64,000 nt of DNA from Lama glama (GCA_028534125.1 CM052817.1:13766001-13830000), one strand, 5' to 3'. Numbered from the stretch's first letter, positions 23,001-36,920 are shown. A program made the numbers and translations. The notes: generated by a model not told the origin, from the sequence alone.

Positions 23001-26000
23001 GGAAACAAGCAGCTAGAAAACAAGCCACACCTAGATTTCCATGAGCTTAAAATATTACATTCACATTTGCTTGCTTAAAATGCACATGCTTGCTTTGTTT
23101 TAATGTTTTACATAGTAGATGACCTACAGCAGGTATTATGCTAAAGAAAATCTGTAAGGAGAAAACCTGAGATTGATCATAAGGGCACGAAGGAGGGCAG
23201 ATATTTCCTTAGGGTAAAATAATGGCCAGTCCTGGAAAGCCAGATCATCCATTAACAGAACTTTGTTCTGGTGTGAAAGCATGCGGTTAAGCCCAGGGGA
23301 AATATTTGCTATCTTGGGATGTCCCGGAGGCACTAACAGGATGGACTCAGAAATCCTGCATACCCCGAGGAGGGTGATTGTTCCTGGGAGGGACAGGCCT
23401 GAAATTAATCAGTTAACCAACAAACAGAACTTAGTGCTTGTCGCTTGAAATATCTAAAGCCCCACCTCTTTGATCTCATTTTTTTCTGAGCTGTATACTC
23501 CTAACAAACACGATGTTGACCAGGCTTTTGGCACTCTAGATCCACGAGATCTTGAGTCCCCTGGTCCCATCTTTGCTCTTTACTTTGTCTCTTTGTTTCT
23601 TAAGTCTTGCGTCGCCCATCCTCAGACACCGTCCCGAGCTGCGCTGGACGCAGCAATAATGTTTTTACAAATAGTCATTGAAATATCCCATATTAAGTGC
23701 TTAATAGTCCTTGGTACAAAGTAAATGATCAGTAAATCCTAACTGTTGCCATTAGTTTTTCAATCCAACCTAAGTAGCAGAATGTGTACTTTCCAAAACA
23801 AAGTTACGTTACCACAGGCTTGAAATAAACTCTGCAGGTACCTGGAGAAAGTTGTTTTTAGAGCACAGCCTTAGCTCTGACACTAACTGTGTAATTTAAA
23901 GTAATGTCTTAAATTTTCTGAGCCTTGAAAATGTTTCCAGATGCTTGCCTTGCCCCAAGGTCCCAACATATCTCTGGGTTTTAATTTTATTTACAACTGT
24001 TTAATGGCCTACGGTACAAAGTGTTTTGTTTTCTGACTTTCTGTTCCCCACCTAATGACTTGCCTAAAGAACAAATAACCACTGGAGGAATCTAGTAATC
24101 TTTTGGGAAAATTAGCAAAGGATACTTTTTAGAAGGAACAACAGAAGCAGCAAAATACACAGACTCAAGCATGCAACTTTTCTTCCAAGCATCGCCGCAC
24201 TGAAACGCGGGATTACGCCAGTCACAGGGAGTAGGCCGCCGAGGGGCCTGATTAGATTAGCTAGAAGCCTAGTGTGCTGAATCTTGAGGAAACTGTCCAA
24301 CCGCTAGAGTTGGGTTCTAACCAGAAAGTTCCAGATGGTTTCTCTCCTCTCCTCCATTTCTTCCTTAGAGAGCATCTTGGAAACCTAAGTTGATTACAAT
24401 TCTCCTGGGATGCAGTTCAGTGACCTATACATTTAAGAGACATTATAGGCAGTCATCTTCCAATACAAGCCAACTCGTCAAGTTCAGTACCATTGCTGCA
24501 GGTTTCCAGCAAGGTACAGAATGCAGGTTTCAGTCAGACTCCTGAGTTTCAGACCTAACTACTGACTTGGCAAAATGTGCCTTCAGTGGCCACTGTTCCT
24601 TCTCCTTGAGAATCTTCTCTGAGACCTCTCCTGACTTCACACCGTTGATCTATACAACCTCAGGTATGTCTGTATTATGCTTAGATCCTGTGAACATCTA
24701 GCCCTTTCTCAAGACTGACGTCTGTGTTCCATCCCATTGATCATCCTACTAAACTAACAAATACATCACGTTAACATCTACTTTTTCTATCCTATCCTTA
24801 TGGTGAAATGTTTTAGCAATAAGGATCAAGGTAGAACATGATAAAGGAGTAACTCTTATGGTTAATTTTCAAGGGCAGAAAGACCTCAGAGCCCCTTTGA
24901 AATTCTGGTACCTGTCTGCTCACTGGTGCCCTAGAAGAGTCGCCCATCCCAGTGCAAATCGCTGTAACTTCATGGAGAAAAAGTAACCCTTTCAGCCAAA
25001 AGAGAGCAGCAGTGAGTGGCATTTCCAGAGATGGTAAATAGTCTAAGCACTTAATGCCTGTAAGAGGTATCTCTCAATTCTCAATAGGCGAGTCTTCAAG
25101 TTTTCTAATCAGGGAGGTCACGAGGAATTCTTTATCTTCCCTCTTCCATTTTTTCCTGTTTTCATTTCTTTTTTATGTAATCCTTTACAAATTTGAAGAT
25201 ACCATACCTTTAGGGGGAAAAAGAGGTTTCTTTTAATTCTGCACTTTATCAAATTGGCAAACTATTTTAGCTTCCTATAGTTTTATTGTAAAGTATTTTT
25301 AAAGAAATATCCTGGATCTGCCTCTGGGTAACTTAAAGCAATGCTTTAACTTGTCAGACCCTCTGTTCTTCATCTGGTCAATAGATCTAACAATTCTTAA
25401 CTCAGCACTAACCACTGTGTCGGTGCATAAGAACTTGATAAAGGATAATTATGATTAGGTTACTGATATAGTAATGGAAAAAGCAGTGGAGAACTTAGTA
25501 ACAGGAAAAATTTCCATAGTAATGGAAAACTTTGGATGTTGGTATGAACATGTTTAGAAATACTGCTTCTTGAAAAATGTATTTTCCCCAAATGAGTTCT
25601 TTTTCCTATGCCTTATCTTTGTTTTGTTTTGGTTTTGAATCCTGAAGCATCAGTTTTGAGTTTAAAAGAAACTTTTGATGACAACATTTCCCGACACATC
25701 CTTTGCATCCCAGGATGGAGTCAAAGTGAATGTGCCCAGCCATTCCTGTCGCTATGCCTTTCCTGGTGCCGTTTCTGCCACTTGGAATCCTCTTCCCTTT
25801 TCCAGTTTCCTCTCACTCCTGCCTTCTTTGGATCCTATTCAAATTGTTTAAATAATATTGTTTCCTCAAAACCCAGTTCAAATGCTCTATTTTCCACTTG
25901 ATTCTTCCATCTTATTTTTTTTCTTATTATACTTACATCTTGCCTTGGATGACAAAATTAGTATTTCTGTATTTCTTCAGGCACACATATGATTTTCATG

Positions 26001-26155
26001 CTGTGGTTTTCTGTCGAGAAATTCTGTCCTCATTTTTATTCCCCCTAGGAATCACTTACTGATCCTAAAATCTCAAATTCTGAAGTCTTTCCCAATACTT
26101 CCCTGGGCAGAGGCAAAGCACTTCTCTTTTGTTCTCTCACAATTGGTTTGCATCC

Positions 26156-26390
26156 TGTGGTAGGTAGAATAACTGCCTCCTAGAGACATCCAAGTCCTCA
26201 TCCCCAGACCTGGGGATACGTTACCTAACACAGCAAAGGGGGCTTTGCACGTATAGTTAAGTTGAGAATCTTGAATTGGGAGATGATGCTGGATCGTGCG
26301 GGTGGGCTCACTGCATTCATAAGGGTCACAAGTGTTAGAGGGAGGCAGGAAGGTGAGTGTCAGAGTGACGTAGCATTAGAAAGACTTGAC
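26156..26390 (+). mobile_element. MLT1D-like MaLR LTR (5' part)
   Basis: 'tgtggtaggtagaataactgcctcc...gttacctaacacagcaaagggggctttgcacg...gagggaggcagga'. Confidence 0.85.
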
Positions 26391-28099
26391 ACACACCCAC
26401 TTTTCCAGTCTTCTTTCTGACCTTTCTCCCAGCAATATCCACTCATCTAGCCGAACTAGCATATCCCTGGCCCTCCTTCCTTTCTGCAAGAGGGCATTAA
26501 CTCAAGTTAGTTTCCATGACTGGAAAGTCCCTCTCCACATTCCATCACTTTCAAGGCCCTCAGCACCCCAGTTTCCTCTATGAAGCCTTTCCTACCTCCT
26601 CTCCAGCCCCAGCAGCATATATTATTTGGAACAATCATTCGTTTCTTGCTTTTAAGAACTGCATATTGCTATTCGTCTTTCTGGTCAAGTGCGGCATGTA
26701 TGTAAACTAGACTGTGAGTGTCTTAGGGACAAGGAGTCTGGTTTTTGCCCCCTTTCCATAGCAAGGAGTATAATAATTATTCTTATCATACCATAGATAT
26801 TCAATAACTAGATGTTAGATTTCATTGAATGGTGGTATTTACATAATTTTTATTGTCTTAGTTGAGGAAAATTATCAGCGATGATTTGAAGGAAAATATG
26901 TATAAGGAGAATTTTTGCCTCTTCGTTGTAGGATACAAACTCCCTGTTTTTATATAGTATTTGTGTTGTCTACTGTGTTGGCTCAGTGTTTGAATATATA
27001 CTTATCATAGAAGAATCAGGTAGCGAAAATGTAGGAAAAGCATGCCCCGTCTTTTAATGGCACGCACACTTTATTCTGTGAAGGCATTTCAATGGAAAGT
27101 AAGTGATTTTAATAAATCTGGATTGATTTTACAAGAACATTTTATTTTAGGGCATTAAAAATATAAATGGTATAAAGCGAGGTGGTATGTAAGTCTGTAT
27201 AGGGTGTTTCAGGACAAGAGAACAACAGAAGGAAAATAAAGGGCTGCCAAGGGCCGCGGGATGCTAGAATACACTTTGATTGGAGAAAGGGGTCTGCTGG
27301 AGACAACGGACTTCTGTACTTCTGTACTTGCTCAGGGAATAGTTTGGTCTTAAGTGAAAAGAAGTTTGGGCACATGAGAGTCAAGAGAGGGATGATGAAT
27401 TGACTGGCTTTGGGAATAATTAGCAATGAGCACTGTAAAAATGGGAGAGGTTAGTTACCTATAGAAGCTCTAGGACTTTTATACTCCTGGCTTATGGTAG
27501 GTGTCCGGCTTTAGTCACCTCATTTTGGAGATTAGGTACAAAGATTAGATTAGGAAGATTATCTCTAAGCATCTCTGACTTGCTGCTTCAAAAATGCAAC
27601 TCCGCACCAGTGTTCCTAGGGCCCTGCTGGCTCCTGGAAGTTCTGCTGTAGGAAAGGAGTAAAGATCTGAGGTCAGAGGTGCTGGGTCTCTTGTCCATCT
27701 CCTAGCCTTGCTGTGTTGCCAGCATCCTACTCCTTTGTCAAGCTTTCTGAGCAGCTGCTGACATAAATGAGATGTGCGGACACCTGAGAAATGTGTCACA
27801 GCTATTTCGAAAGTGACAATAACTCTAACACCATATGATAATTTGAGGATTAAGGGATTAAACTGTGAAAATTATGGATGACATCTAAAGGTATATTGAA
27901 AATTGGTGCTATACATGGAGACGAAAACTATGAGTGAGAAGGTAACATCTGTTTTACTATATTCTTACTACGTTTTGTTCATATCTACCTAAAACACGCA
28001 AGAGTGGATTCTGAAAATTAAACCATAGAGAGCAATTTCTTTATACTTGTATGTAAGAAAAAAATTACGAACTACATTGAAATGGACCAAAAGTATTAC

Positions 28100-28699
28100 T
28101 GGGTAGTGGGCAGAATCCTAAAGATTATTCTCCCCAGATTCTGGTTTCCTGGTTATTCAATCAAACACTAACTTAGGAATTGCTATGTAGAGATTTTGCA
28201 GGTGTAATTAAAGTCCAAAATCCACTGACCTTAAAACATGGAGATTATCCATATGGGCCTAATCTAATCACACAATTCCTTAGAAGCATAAAACTTTCTC
28301 CAGTTGGTGGCACAAGAAGGAGGCAGAAAGATTCTAAGCAGAGAAGAACTCAAAGGCCCATTGCTGGTTTGAAGATGGAGAGGACCACGTGAGGACTGGT
28401 GGGACGTAGGAGCAGAGATTGGCCCTTGGCCAACAGCCAGCAAGAATACAGGACCTCGGTCCTACAATCAATGGAACTGAATTCTGCCAGTGATTTGAAT
28501 GAGCTTGGAAGGACACTGTCTTTAGAGCTTCCAGATAAGAGCCTAGCCTAGGTTGAATTTTTTTTGTAAAACCCTAAGCAGGGAAACTGGTTGAGCCATG
28601 CTGGACTTCGGACTGTTAGAACTATGAGCTATAAATGGCTATGTTTTAAGCCACAAAGTTGGTGGTAATTTGTTACATGATAATAGAAAACTAATATAC
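28100..28699 (+). mobile_element. MLT1E-like MaLR solo LTR, near full length
   Basis: 'ggttattcaatcaaacactaacttagg', 'ggaactgaattctgccagtga', ending 'gtggtaatttgttacatgataatagaaaactaatata'. Confidence 0.9.
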
Positions 28700-30044
28700 T
28701 GCATGTTTATCTTCTGGTTTTTTTTTTAATTCTATAGAGTACCTGTGCCTTTCATTTTCCTTGAACTATCACACAGCTCTGTAAATCACAGATTAAGTGA
28801 TTCTAATTTAGATAATTTTCTATCTATAGACATGCGAATGAATTGTATTCATCAGAAACGTCATCTCCCTCTACCGTCACAGAATAAGCCAATGCTGCAT
28901 CTGTTTGTAAATTTACTACAGCATTCTATATCTGCCCATATTTGTGTGGTACTTAACATTCTCTTTTGAGCCAGTTGTAACATCTTGCTGGTTTTCTTAT
29001 TCATTAATTAGTTAAATAACATACTTGACATGTGTTCATTTTATATCTGTATAAAAGTCATGTTTTTACCCTCTTTCAAACAGTATCATTTAACAGAGAT
29101 CCATTCAGAGATACCCCATATTTACAGGGCAGGGACAAATATCTATTCATCTCATAATGTAGGTCAAGAAGAGAGCTAAATGTCATGCTTAAATTCACAT
29201 CTATTCCTCATGCCCAAACACTGATCCTGGTAAAAGGCATTCTCACTTAAAATAAGAAAACGGAGACTCAGACATATCACAAAACTCATTGAAGGGCACA
29301 AAGTTTGGGGATCTTGAAGTTGAGATTTCAACCTAATGTAACTTCAGGCTCCTCTTTTTCCATTCTCAGTTTTCCAGTGTCAACCAGTGTTCATCTCCTT
29401 TCACCTGATCTAATACCTCCTCCCTATTTCTCTAGTCCATTCTTAATGACAGCATTTTCCTAATCACTCAAGCTTCACAACATAGAACAGTCTTGTCCTT
29501 TCATTTCCCTTTCTCCCGTATCCAGTGGTTATCAAATGCTGTGAATTCAGCAACTACCGTCTCTTCTGTAGCCACCTCCTCTTTCTGTGTCTGCTCCCAA
29601 TCATCTGCCTTCTCTCTCACACTAACAGCAGCCCAAACAGGGCCAGACCCACACAATGGGTGCCTGACACTTCCACTATTTGGATGGCCTTCTTTAGGGA
29701 AAAATCAGTACTGTGTTATAAATGCAAAGCTGGATATTTCTTTAGAATGAGAAAAGGAATTGTAACAGACTAACAGAGTCTCAGAGCTTCGTGTCCTTTT
29801 ACTTTGAGATCACTGACAGCAATTTACCAGTGACGTTTACACACACAGGAATGATTCCTGATTATAACCTGGCCCTCTCCCCACTAAACTTCCCATAACC
29901 GGAGAACTCACACGGAGCTGTGCAAACGAGGGTCCCTAAACTGTATACTACCATCCAGCCCACTGTCAATCCTTCCCCATCTTTAGTAAAGGAAATAAAC
30001 TATACATTGAGAGGCCCAGAGAATTACTTGGCGCTTCATAGAGG

Positions 30045-30205
30045 TGGGGAGAGGTTACAAACCCAGGAGATTTTTAAATACTCAGATTTGTGAACTGTAG
30101 CCCAGTCTTCTAAATAAAACTTCAGGGCATTTGTGGTTTTAAAAAGCTCTGCAGGTGAAAAGGATGCAGCGGGCCTGTGAATTAAGAGCTTGAAAACTAC
30201 TGCCC
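30045..30205. mobile_element. MER5-type MITE (degenerate)
   Basis: 'ggcatttgtggttttaaaaagctctgcaggtga...ttgaaaactactgccctag'. Confidence 0.55.
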
Positions 30206-31240
30206 TAGCTCCAATACCCCAAAAGGGACCTCACCCGACGCCTCCCAGGGTTAAACTCCCAAAGGGCAGTGGGGTCCTCCAGTGCTTCCTGGGCACTGGG
30301 GTCTGCGTGGCAGAGAGTGCAGAAGCCGTAAAAGACGCAGGTGAAAAGGGCTCTGATTAAAATCCGAAACTGAAGCAACTGCTTTTCTCTCTCTGAAGTG
30401 ACTTCATTGACCCTGATTCAAGTAAAGCAGCGAGCCTGATGAGGCCCATCACAGCACAGAAATCAGCCTGGTGCTCTCAGAGGAGACAAGTAACAAGTCT
30501 CAAGTATAGGAGGAGTCAGGCAGGATCTGGAAAAGGTGTTTCCAACAGCCACACCCAACTGAAAACCCAAGGTTTTCTCGGGCCCTTAGCTAGATGGGAT
30601 TGGGCATAAACATCAGGACCACACTGCGAATACGACCAAATATTATTTGCAATTTACTGCTAGTATCATTACACTTAAATTATACTGTTTAATTCAGTAA
30701 TGCGATCCATCTGGAAGTGTGAATTCTGTCATTCTCAGTTACACATTGGCTTTCTAAAATCCATTATCAAAGGGATTGTTTCAGATACATGGAGAGAGAA
30801 AATTCCTTAAAGGTGGGACGCTGAAGTGAAGATCAGGAATCTGTCGTCGAGAGAGGGGCTGTCCGTTACCAGCATTGTACTTACTTACGTTCCCACCACG
30901 CACGCCCACCCCAAATGAAATGCAGGTTAGTCCTCTGTATTTCTACAACGACAAGAATAAATCTCCCTGCCACTTTATGTCACAGTCACACAGTCCCCAA
31001 ATGACCACCCACAGACAGAATCCCAAGCAAATTTATTACCTGAGGTGTATGTTTACACAAGGCATGTCTCTGAGAAGAAAATATTGTCAGTGAAAAGAAT
31101 GTTTTCCCTTCCAAAAACTAATACAGGATTTTAAAATAGAGCAGAATAAAGACAAAGGTATTGAATATATGCAAAACAAACCAGGCAGTGGTTTAATATG
31201 AAGCACAATGGATACTGTCATAAAAAAAAAAAAACACTTT

Positions 31241-31690
31241 TTGCGCATTCGCTCTATCAGAACACGTTCCGCTGTTTCTCGCGGTCCCTGGGCTGTGCGT
31301 CTCTGTCTGCCCCGCCCTGCTCTCTGTCTCCGGAGGTGGACAGACGTGCTGAAGGCTCTCACATCCTCTAGCTTCTGGTCGGGTTCAGCCCGCGGGGTGC
31401 CCTGGCCTGAGGTGACAGGGAGGAGGAGACGGAGACGGGGTGTTCAGGCTCCTTCCCTGAAGCCCGGCTGCAGTTGGGTGTACTTCGTGACTAGAGGTCA
31501 CTGTGCCATCTGCTGGCCCTCCGTGCACGCCCCCACCTCAACACCCGCCAGCTTCCGGCAGCCGCGGCTCCTTCATTGCCCCACGTCTGAAGTTTCCCCA
31601 CTTGGTTCTGCTGTCACAAGCCTGAGAGACTAAACTATTTCTTACGGCTTCCCTGCACCCTCTGGAAGTGGTTCAGCTCCTCTCAAATTA
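31241..31690. promoter_or_regulatory. CpG-island-like regulatory element
   Basis: About 24 CpGs counted by eye in 31241-31590, against a CpG-depleted background. Contains a GC box CCCCGCCC (~31310), ETS-like CTTCCGG (~31552), NRF1-like TGCGCATTCGC (31242) and a CTCF motif. Confidence 0.7.
31501..31519 (-). promoter_or_regulatory. Strong CTCF motif
   Basis: Minus strand GGGCCAGCAGATGGCACAG fits every core position of the CTCF consensus (CCASYAGRKGGCRS). Confidence 0.65.
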
Positions 31691-33214
31691 CCCAGTGCCT
31701 GTGTCCCACCCCTTCCTGACTTGGCTGATTGATGTATTTACTCCCTGACAGATACACTTACTGAATGTTACTACCGCTGGGAAGCCTTTTGCTCATGAAC
31801 TGCCTGAAAGTTGTTTAGCTACTAACGTAACATTTATCTTCTAAGTTTGTTAAAGTTGTACTCATTCTTAATTTGCTTCAAAAATAGATATATGGAAGGA
31901 ATTTTTTTTGAGGTCATAAATTAGACAATCAAAAAAAAGGGAAAATCAAGTAATATTTCTATGAATTTTGGCACTTTAAGTAGGTTTTATGCCTATACCA
32001 ATTATTGGCAACTTTTTCTTCCAAATCATAGACTAAATCATTTAATCTCTTCAAAGGATAAAAGTTGGGAACCTGCTGCCTAATGCCTTACCTTTGATGT
32101 AATACCTTTTGCTCAGTATCTTAAATCCAAGGAAGTGTTCATATTTGTTGTATTGTATTTTTTTTTTGCCTTTAGGCTAAGAAACCATGTGCTCTTTAAC
32201 ACTGTTTCATAAAAGGAAAATCTATCCTAAAACAGCTTGCAGAGAGTAAAAACAGAGCATGCTTCCATCAACAATTGACATGATACTGGACAATAAGGTG
32301 AGCAGTGGAGCTAATTATCTAGAAACATGGACTTTGGACGTCACCAAAACCACATTTGGACAATTAATGTCATACTTTTCACTCACTTGTATAACATGCA
32401 TGCATTCAGTGATGCTAACTGTATTTTATTTAATATCAAGGCATGCTTATACCATTCCTCTATATAATACTTTTACCAAATGTTACTTATTTACTAATTT
32501 TTAACATATTTATATAGACAGTAAACTTCTGCTGTCAAGATGCACTGTTCATTGGTTTTTCTTTTTTCAGTGAAAAGTGTTGTTCCTAAAAGAGAACTGG
32601 ACAAAATTCAAAATGTAATACTCAAAAAAAAAAAAAGTAGCTGAAATAAACAACATTAAGAAAGGCCAATAAAATGACAAATCAAAGCAAGTAAGAGACA
32701 ATTTCTCCCTACTGAGAAAGACAGCACAATTCAATTTGCTCAATTATTTTATTTATCTCTGAGCAGTAATATGAATGATCTATCTGTTTTGATGAACACT
32801 CAAACTTTGCTGAATGGAAAATTGCACTGCTTCTAGTATGTCAAATTTGGATATAATAAAAGAAGATGTGAATTAAATTGGCTTTGAGTATGCTGCATTA
32901 AAAGATGAATTGTTAGTTTAGAAATCTTTCCAGTAGTTTTATTTGAACCAAAATACTTTGCTTAAGAGGAATTACATAAGTGTGCAAACTAAAATGGTAA
33001 TTGATTACGTCTCAGTCCCTACATCTGAAATGTTCTTGAAATTCTAAACACAGTAAAAGGCTAAGAAGATTATACAAAGAGAAAGATCCAGTTGTTTATT
33101 TTAAAAAGAGGAAGATCCAGTTTGATCAAAGACATTGCCAGTGAATTACAAAGGGTTTTATAGTTTCAGACTAAACAATTTACCAAAATTCTGAATTTGT
33201 CTCTTTCTTCATGC

Positions 33215-33600
33215 ATTTATGCATTTTACTATTTATTGAAATACTCTTTTGTGCAAAGTTTGTTCAAAGAAGTGAGTATTAGATATTGAAACCTCCCTGT
33301 CTTTAAAGGAGAGAAAAATGTTCAGAGTTTTCCATCTGGTAACTGGAATTACCATGTATCTGCCCATTCTCTAAGCGGCTGTTTCAGAAATACAGCTCTG
33401 CCTGATTCTTGAGGAGCCTCGGAAGTGAATTCTAAGTTGAGACCTGAAAAGTGAGAAGGAATGCTCTAGGTGAACAAAGTCACAAATGAAGGCGTCTCCA
33501 AGGAGAGGTAGCAACATTTTCAAAAGACTAGAGATGGGAGGGCCCTGGACCATTCCAGAAACCTCAAGAAGTTGAGTTTGGCAGGAATAGAAATGTAAAA
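33215..33600 (-). mobile_element. L2 fragment
   Basis: 'ctaagttgagacctgaaaagtgagaagga...aggtagcaacattttcaaaagactagagatgggag'. Confidence 0.65.
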
Positions 33601-34934
33601 GAAGTTTTGAAAGAAGACATTGTTTACATAAAGAAGGAATCCAAGTTCCACACCTGTTGTGCTATCAGAGAAGAGACAGACTGACAGAACTGCCTGCTAG
33701 AATCAATATGTGGAGTAAGCAGTATTTCAGTGGAGGGAGAATGCTGGAGCACGAGCTGACTCTGGGACCCACAGAAACCTTGCAGGAGGCATGAGACCTT
33801 CCATGCAGCAGAGGTGGAGCCAACCTTCTACATTTCAAGTAGGATCGAGTTCCAGCCGATGCTCAGAACTCACGGAAGTTTGGGATTTATTTAAGTGGCA
33901 TGGTGCTTGAGTTCATTTGTGCTCTGCACACACTGTGGAAATGGGCTGGTGGGGAGGAATGACTGAAAGAAGGGAGGCCATTTAGGGAAGCATCTATACT
34001 GGGTCACTCGCAAAGCCACTCCTGACTCTTGATATTCTGGGAGGGCTCCCTGACTGTGATCTCAATTAGTCTGGTTCCAACATGGGGACTCAGATCAGAT
34101 ATTTAGAACTTGGTAGAAGAAACACCCCTTGTCTTGGAGGACTGTGCAATACAGTTGTATGATTTTGTGTGTGTGTGTGTGCATTTGTGCATTGGAGAGG
34201 GAATAATTATAGAGCAAGAAATAACAACATGATTTAACTGGTTATTCTGCTAAGATAATTTGTGAGTATAAAATAGTGTGTGTTTACTCATTCAATCATA
34301 AAATTGTTGAGAGCTCAGTTGAATCATATCAGAAATTTATAAGCCCATATTATGTAATTCTGCCCTGGTAGAAAATTAGACCTGAATCCAGAGACTATCA
34401 GTCTTAATAAGCAGTTAATGAAGGAGCTTGAAATAAAGGAAATCTGTTGAATTGGGGCTTTGAAAAGACCAGCCCTGAGCTAGCCATTACGTCTTGTTAA
34501 TTGACACAGAAGCTAATGAGTTTAAAATTTATATCCCTGTTACCGTAACATTTAAATCACATCTCTACTCTCATTCTGTATCTTGTCATCATAGAGTTAC
34601 GTTTTTATCCAACAATGTACTTGCTAAAAAGGACAGAGAGCCTTTCTGCAATATGGAAAAGTCTCTTTTTTAATAGTTGCAAGGACTGTAGGCTATAAAC
34701 TTGAGACCAGTAATGTGTGTTAAAGCTCCTTCATTAGAAAAACTACAATAGAAACCTTTGCTCTGTAAAGACTTACCTACAGGTTGTCATAGGAGATTGA
34801 TTTTAACTATGAATCCTAGTGACACTGACATCATTGATCAAATTCTAAGTAACTCAATTTGTATAAAAGAACTAGGAGGATTTTATTAAAATTATAGCTA
34901 TAATTATCGACTTCACATCTGGCCTTTAGCTCTC

Positions 34935-35303
34935 TGTCTTAGTCTACTCAGGCTGCCACAAGAAAATAACACAGATTGGGCAGGTTGAACAACAGAGACT
35001 TACTCTTCACGGTTCCAGAGGCTGGGAAGTCTGAGATCGGGGTGCCAGCATGGTTGGGTTCTGGTGAGGGCTCTCTTTCCGGCTTGCAGATGGCTGCCTT
35101 CTAGTGTCCTCACGTCATGGAGAGATAGCAAGTTCTCTCCTTTCTCTTTTTATAAGGGCTCAAATTCTATCATGAAGGCACCATCCTCATGACCTCAACT
35201 CAATCTAATTACCTCCAAAAGGCCCCACCTACAAATACCTTCACATTGGGGGTTAGGGCTTCAACTATAGAAATTTGGGAGGAACACAGTTCAGCCCACA
35301 GCA
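34935..35303 (-). mobile_element. MLT1A0-like MaLR solo LTR
   Basis: 'tgtcttagtc...gaggctgggaagtctgagatcggggtgccagcatggttgggttctggtgagggctctct...cacattgggggttagggcttcaac...cagcccacagca'. Confidence 0.92.
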
Positions 35304-35771
35304 GTCCCTCTGTGTTCCAGTGACAGCCTTCCCTCCCCTCCTGCCTATGAAAGGTCTGGGCTCCTACCTAAGGCCACCCACTGTGACTCTCAGGAGTTCT
35401 TCCTGCACAGGGACATCACTCCAAGGATTCACTCCTTTCTCTTCTCCATCCTTAATTTTCCCCTCTCGGCTGGATCAGTCTACATAATAATGTGAGTGCT
35501 CCTTTCTTTAAAGTAAACATGAAAATAAAATAAAATTTCAAGACCTTTTGACCATACATCTTCTTCAAGCTCACTGCTTTATTTCTTTAGTCCCCATTAC
35601 AACAAATCACCCTAAGTAGTATGTTGACACTGACTGTCTCTAGCTCCTCTCCTTCTCTTCTCTCATTTAAAAAATAACTCTGTGATTCAAAATTCAAACA
35701 ATATAGGAAGTTCTGAATCTACAATCTGACCTTCCTTACCACCTGCATCGCCACCGCCTTGCGCCAGACAC

Positions 35772-36271
35772 NNNNNNNNNNNNNNNNNNNNNNNNNNNNN
35801 NNNNNNNNNNNNNNNNNNNNNNNNNNNNNNNNNNNNNNNNNNNNNNNNNNNNNNNNNNNNNNNNNNNNNNNNNNNNNNNNNNNNNNNNNNNNNNNNNNNN
35901 NNNNNNNNNNNNNNNNNNNNNNNNNNNNNNNNNNNNNNNNNNNNNNNNNNNNNNNNNNNNNNNNNNNNNNNNNNNNNNNNNNNNNNNNNNNNNNNNNNNN
36001 NNNNNNNNNNNNNNNNNNNNNNNNNNNNNNNNNNNNNNNNNNNNNNNNNNNNNNNNNNNNNNNNNNNNNNNNNNNNNNNNNNNNNNNNNNNNNNNNNNNN
36101 NNNNNNNNNNNNNNNNNNNNNNNNNNNNNNNNNNNNNNNNNNNNNNNNNNNNNNNNNNNNNNNNNNNNNNNNNNNNNNNNNNNNNNNNNNNNNNNNNNNN
36201 NNNNNNNNNNNNNNNNNNNNNNNNNNNNNNNNNNNNNNNNNNNNNNNNNNNNNNNNNNNNNNNNNNNNNNN
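35772..36271. other. Assembly gap (500 N)
   Basis: Exactly 500 consecutive N; the right edge abuts a (TTTA)n L1 tail. Confidence 1.
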
Positions 36272-36520
36272 ATTTATTTATTTATTTATTATTTTTTAAA
36301 CATTTTTTATTGATTTATAATCATTTTACAATGTTGTGTCAAATTCCAGTGTAGAGCACAATTTTTCAGTTATACATGAACATATATATATTCATTGTCA
36401 CATTTTTTTTCTCTGTGAGCTACCATAAGATCTTGTGTATATTTCCCTGTGCTATACAGTATAATCTTGTTTACTTATTCTACAATTTTGAAATCCCATC
36501 TATCCCTTCCCACCCTCCGG
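36272..36520 (-). mobile_element. Young lineage-specific L1 3' end (camelid-type)
   Basis: (TTTA)n tail, then 'ttttacaatgttgtgtcaaattccagtgtagagcacaatttttcagttatacatgaac...tatcccttcccaccctcc'. Confidence 0.85.
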
Positions 36521-36920
36521 GAATTCTTTATCTTTAGGGACAATGGTCACAGAAACAGTCTTAGAGGTGGTGTCAGGGAATCAAGTTTCTGATCTTAGCA
36601 GCCCTCCATGAAGAGTACTGAACTCTGTCTAACACATCTCCTGTACCGTGATGGCTGTGGTGGGCCCTCGGCCTCAGGTACACCAGAGAGAGGTGCCCAT
36701 ACCTAGAAAAGACTCTGTGCAAAGGCACCCTGGGTCTCTACTCCTAGGCTAGAGAGCCTCCAGAAATGGATATGCAAATAGAGGAAGGACAGTTTTACAG
36801 AAATCATCTTAATTGATTTTTCTTCTCCATCCAGAGACATATTATCTTAAGGTAGATGGAGGCTTATTTTCCAACATTATCAAAGAATAATCAAACAACT
36901 TCTTAGATTAAGAGGATAAC

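Noticed and set aside
25468..25529. Repeated atagtaatggaaaa units resembling a spaced array
   Set aside because: Only 2-3 degenerate copies; a local slippage duplication, not a CRISPR-like array.
31208..31633. 141-aa Arg-rich ORF
   Set aside because: Explained by stop-codon scarcity in a GC-rich island; no recognised homology.
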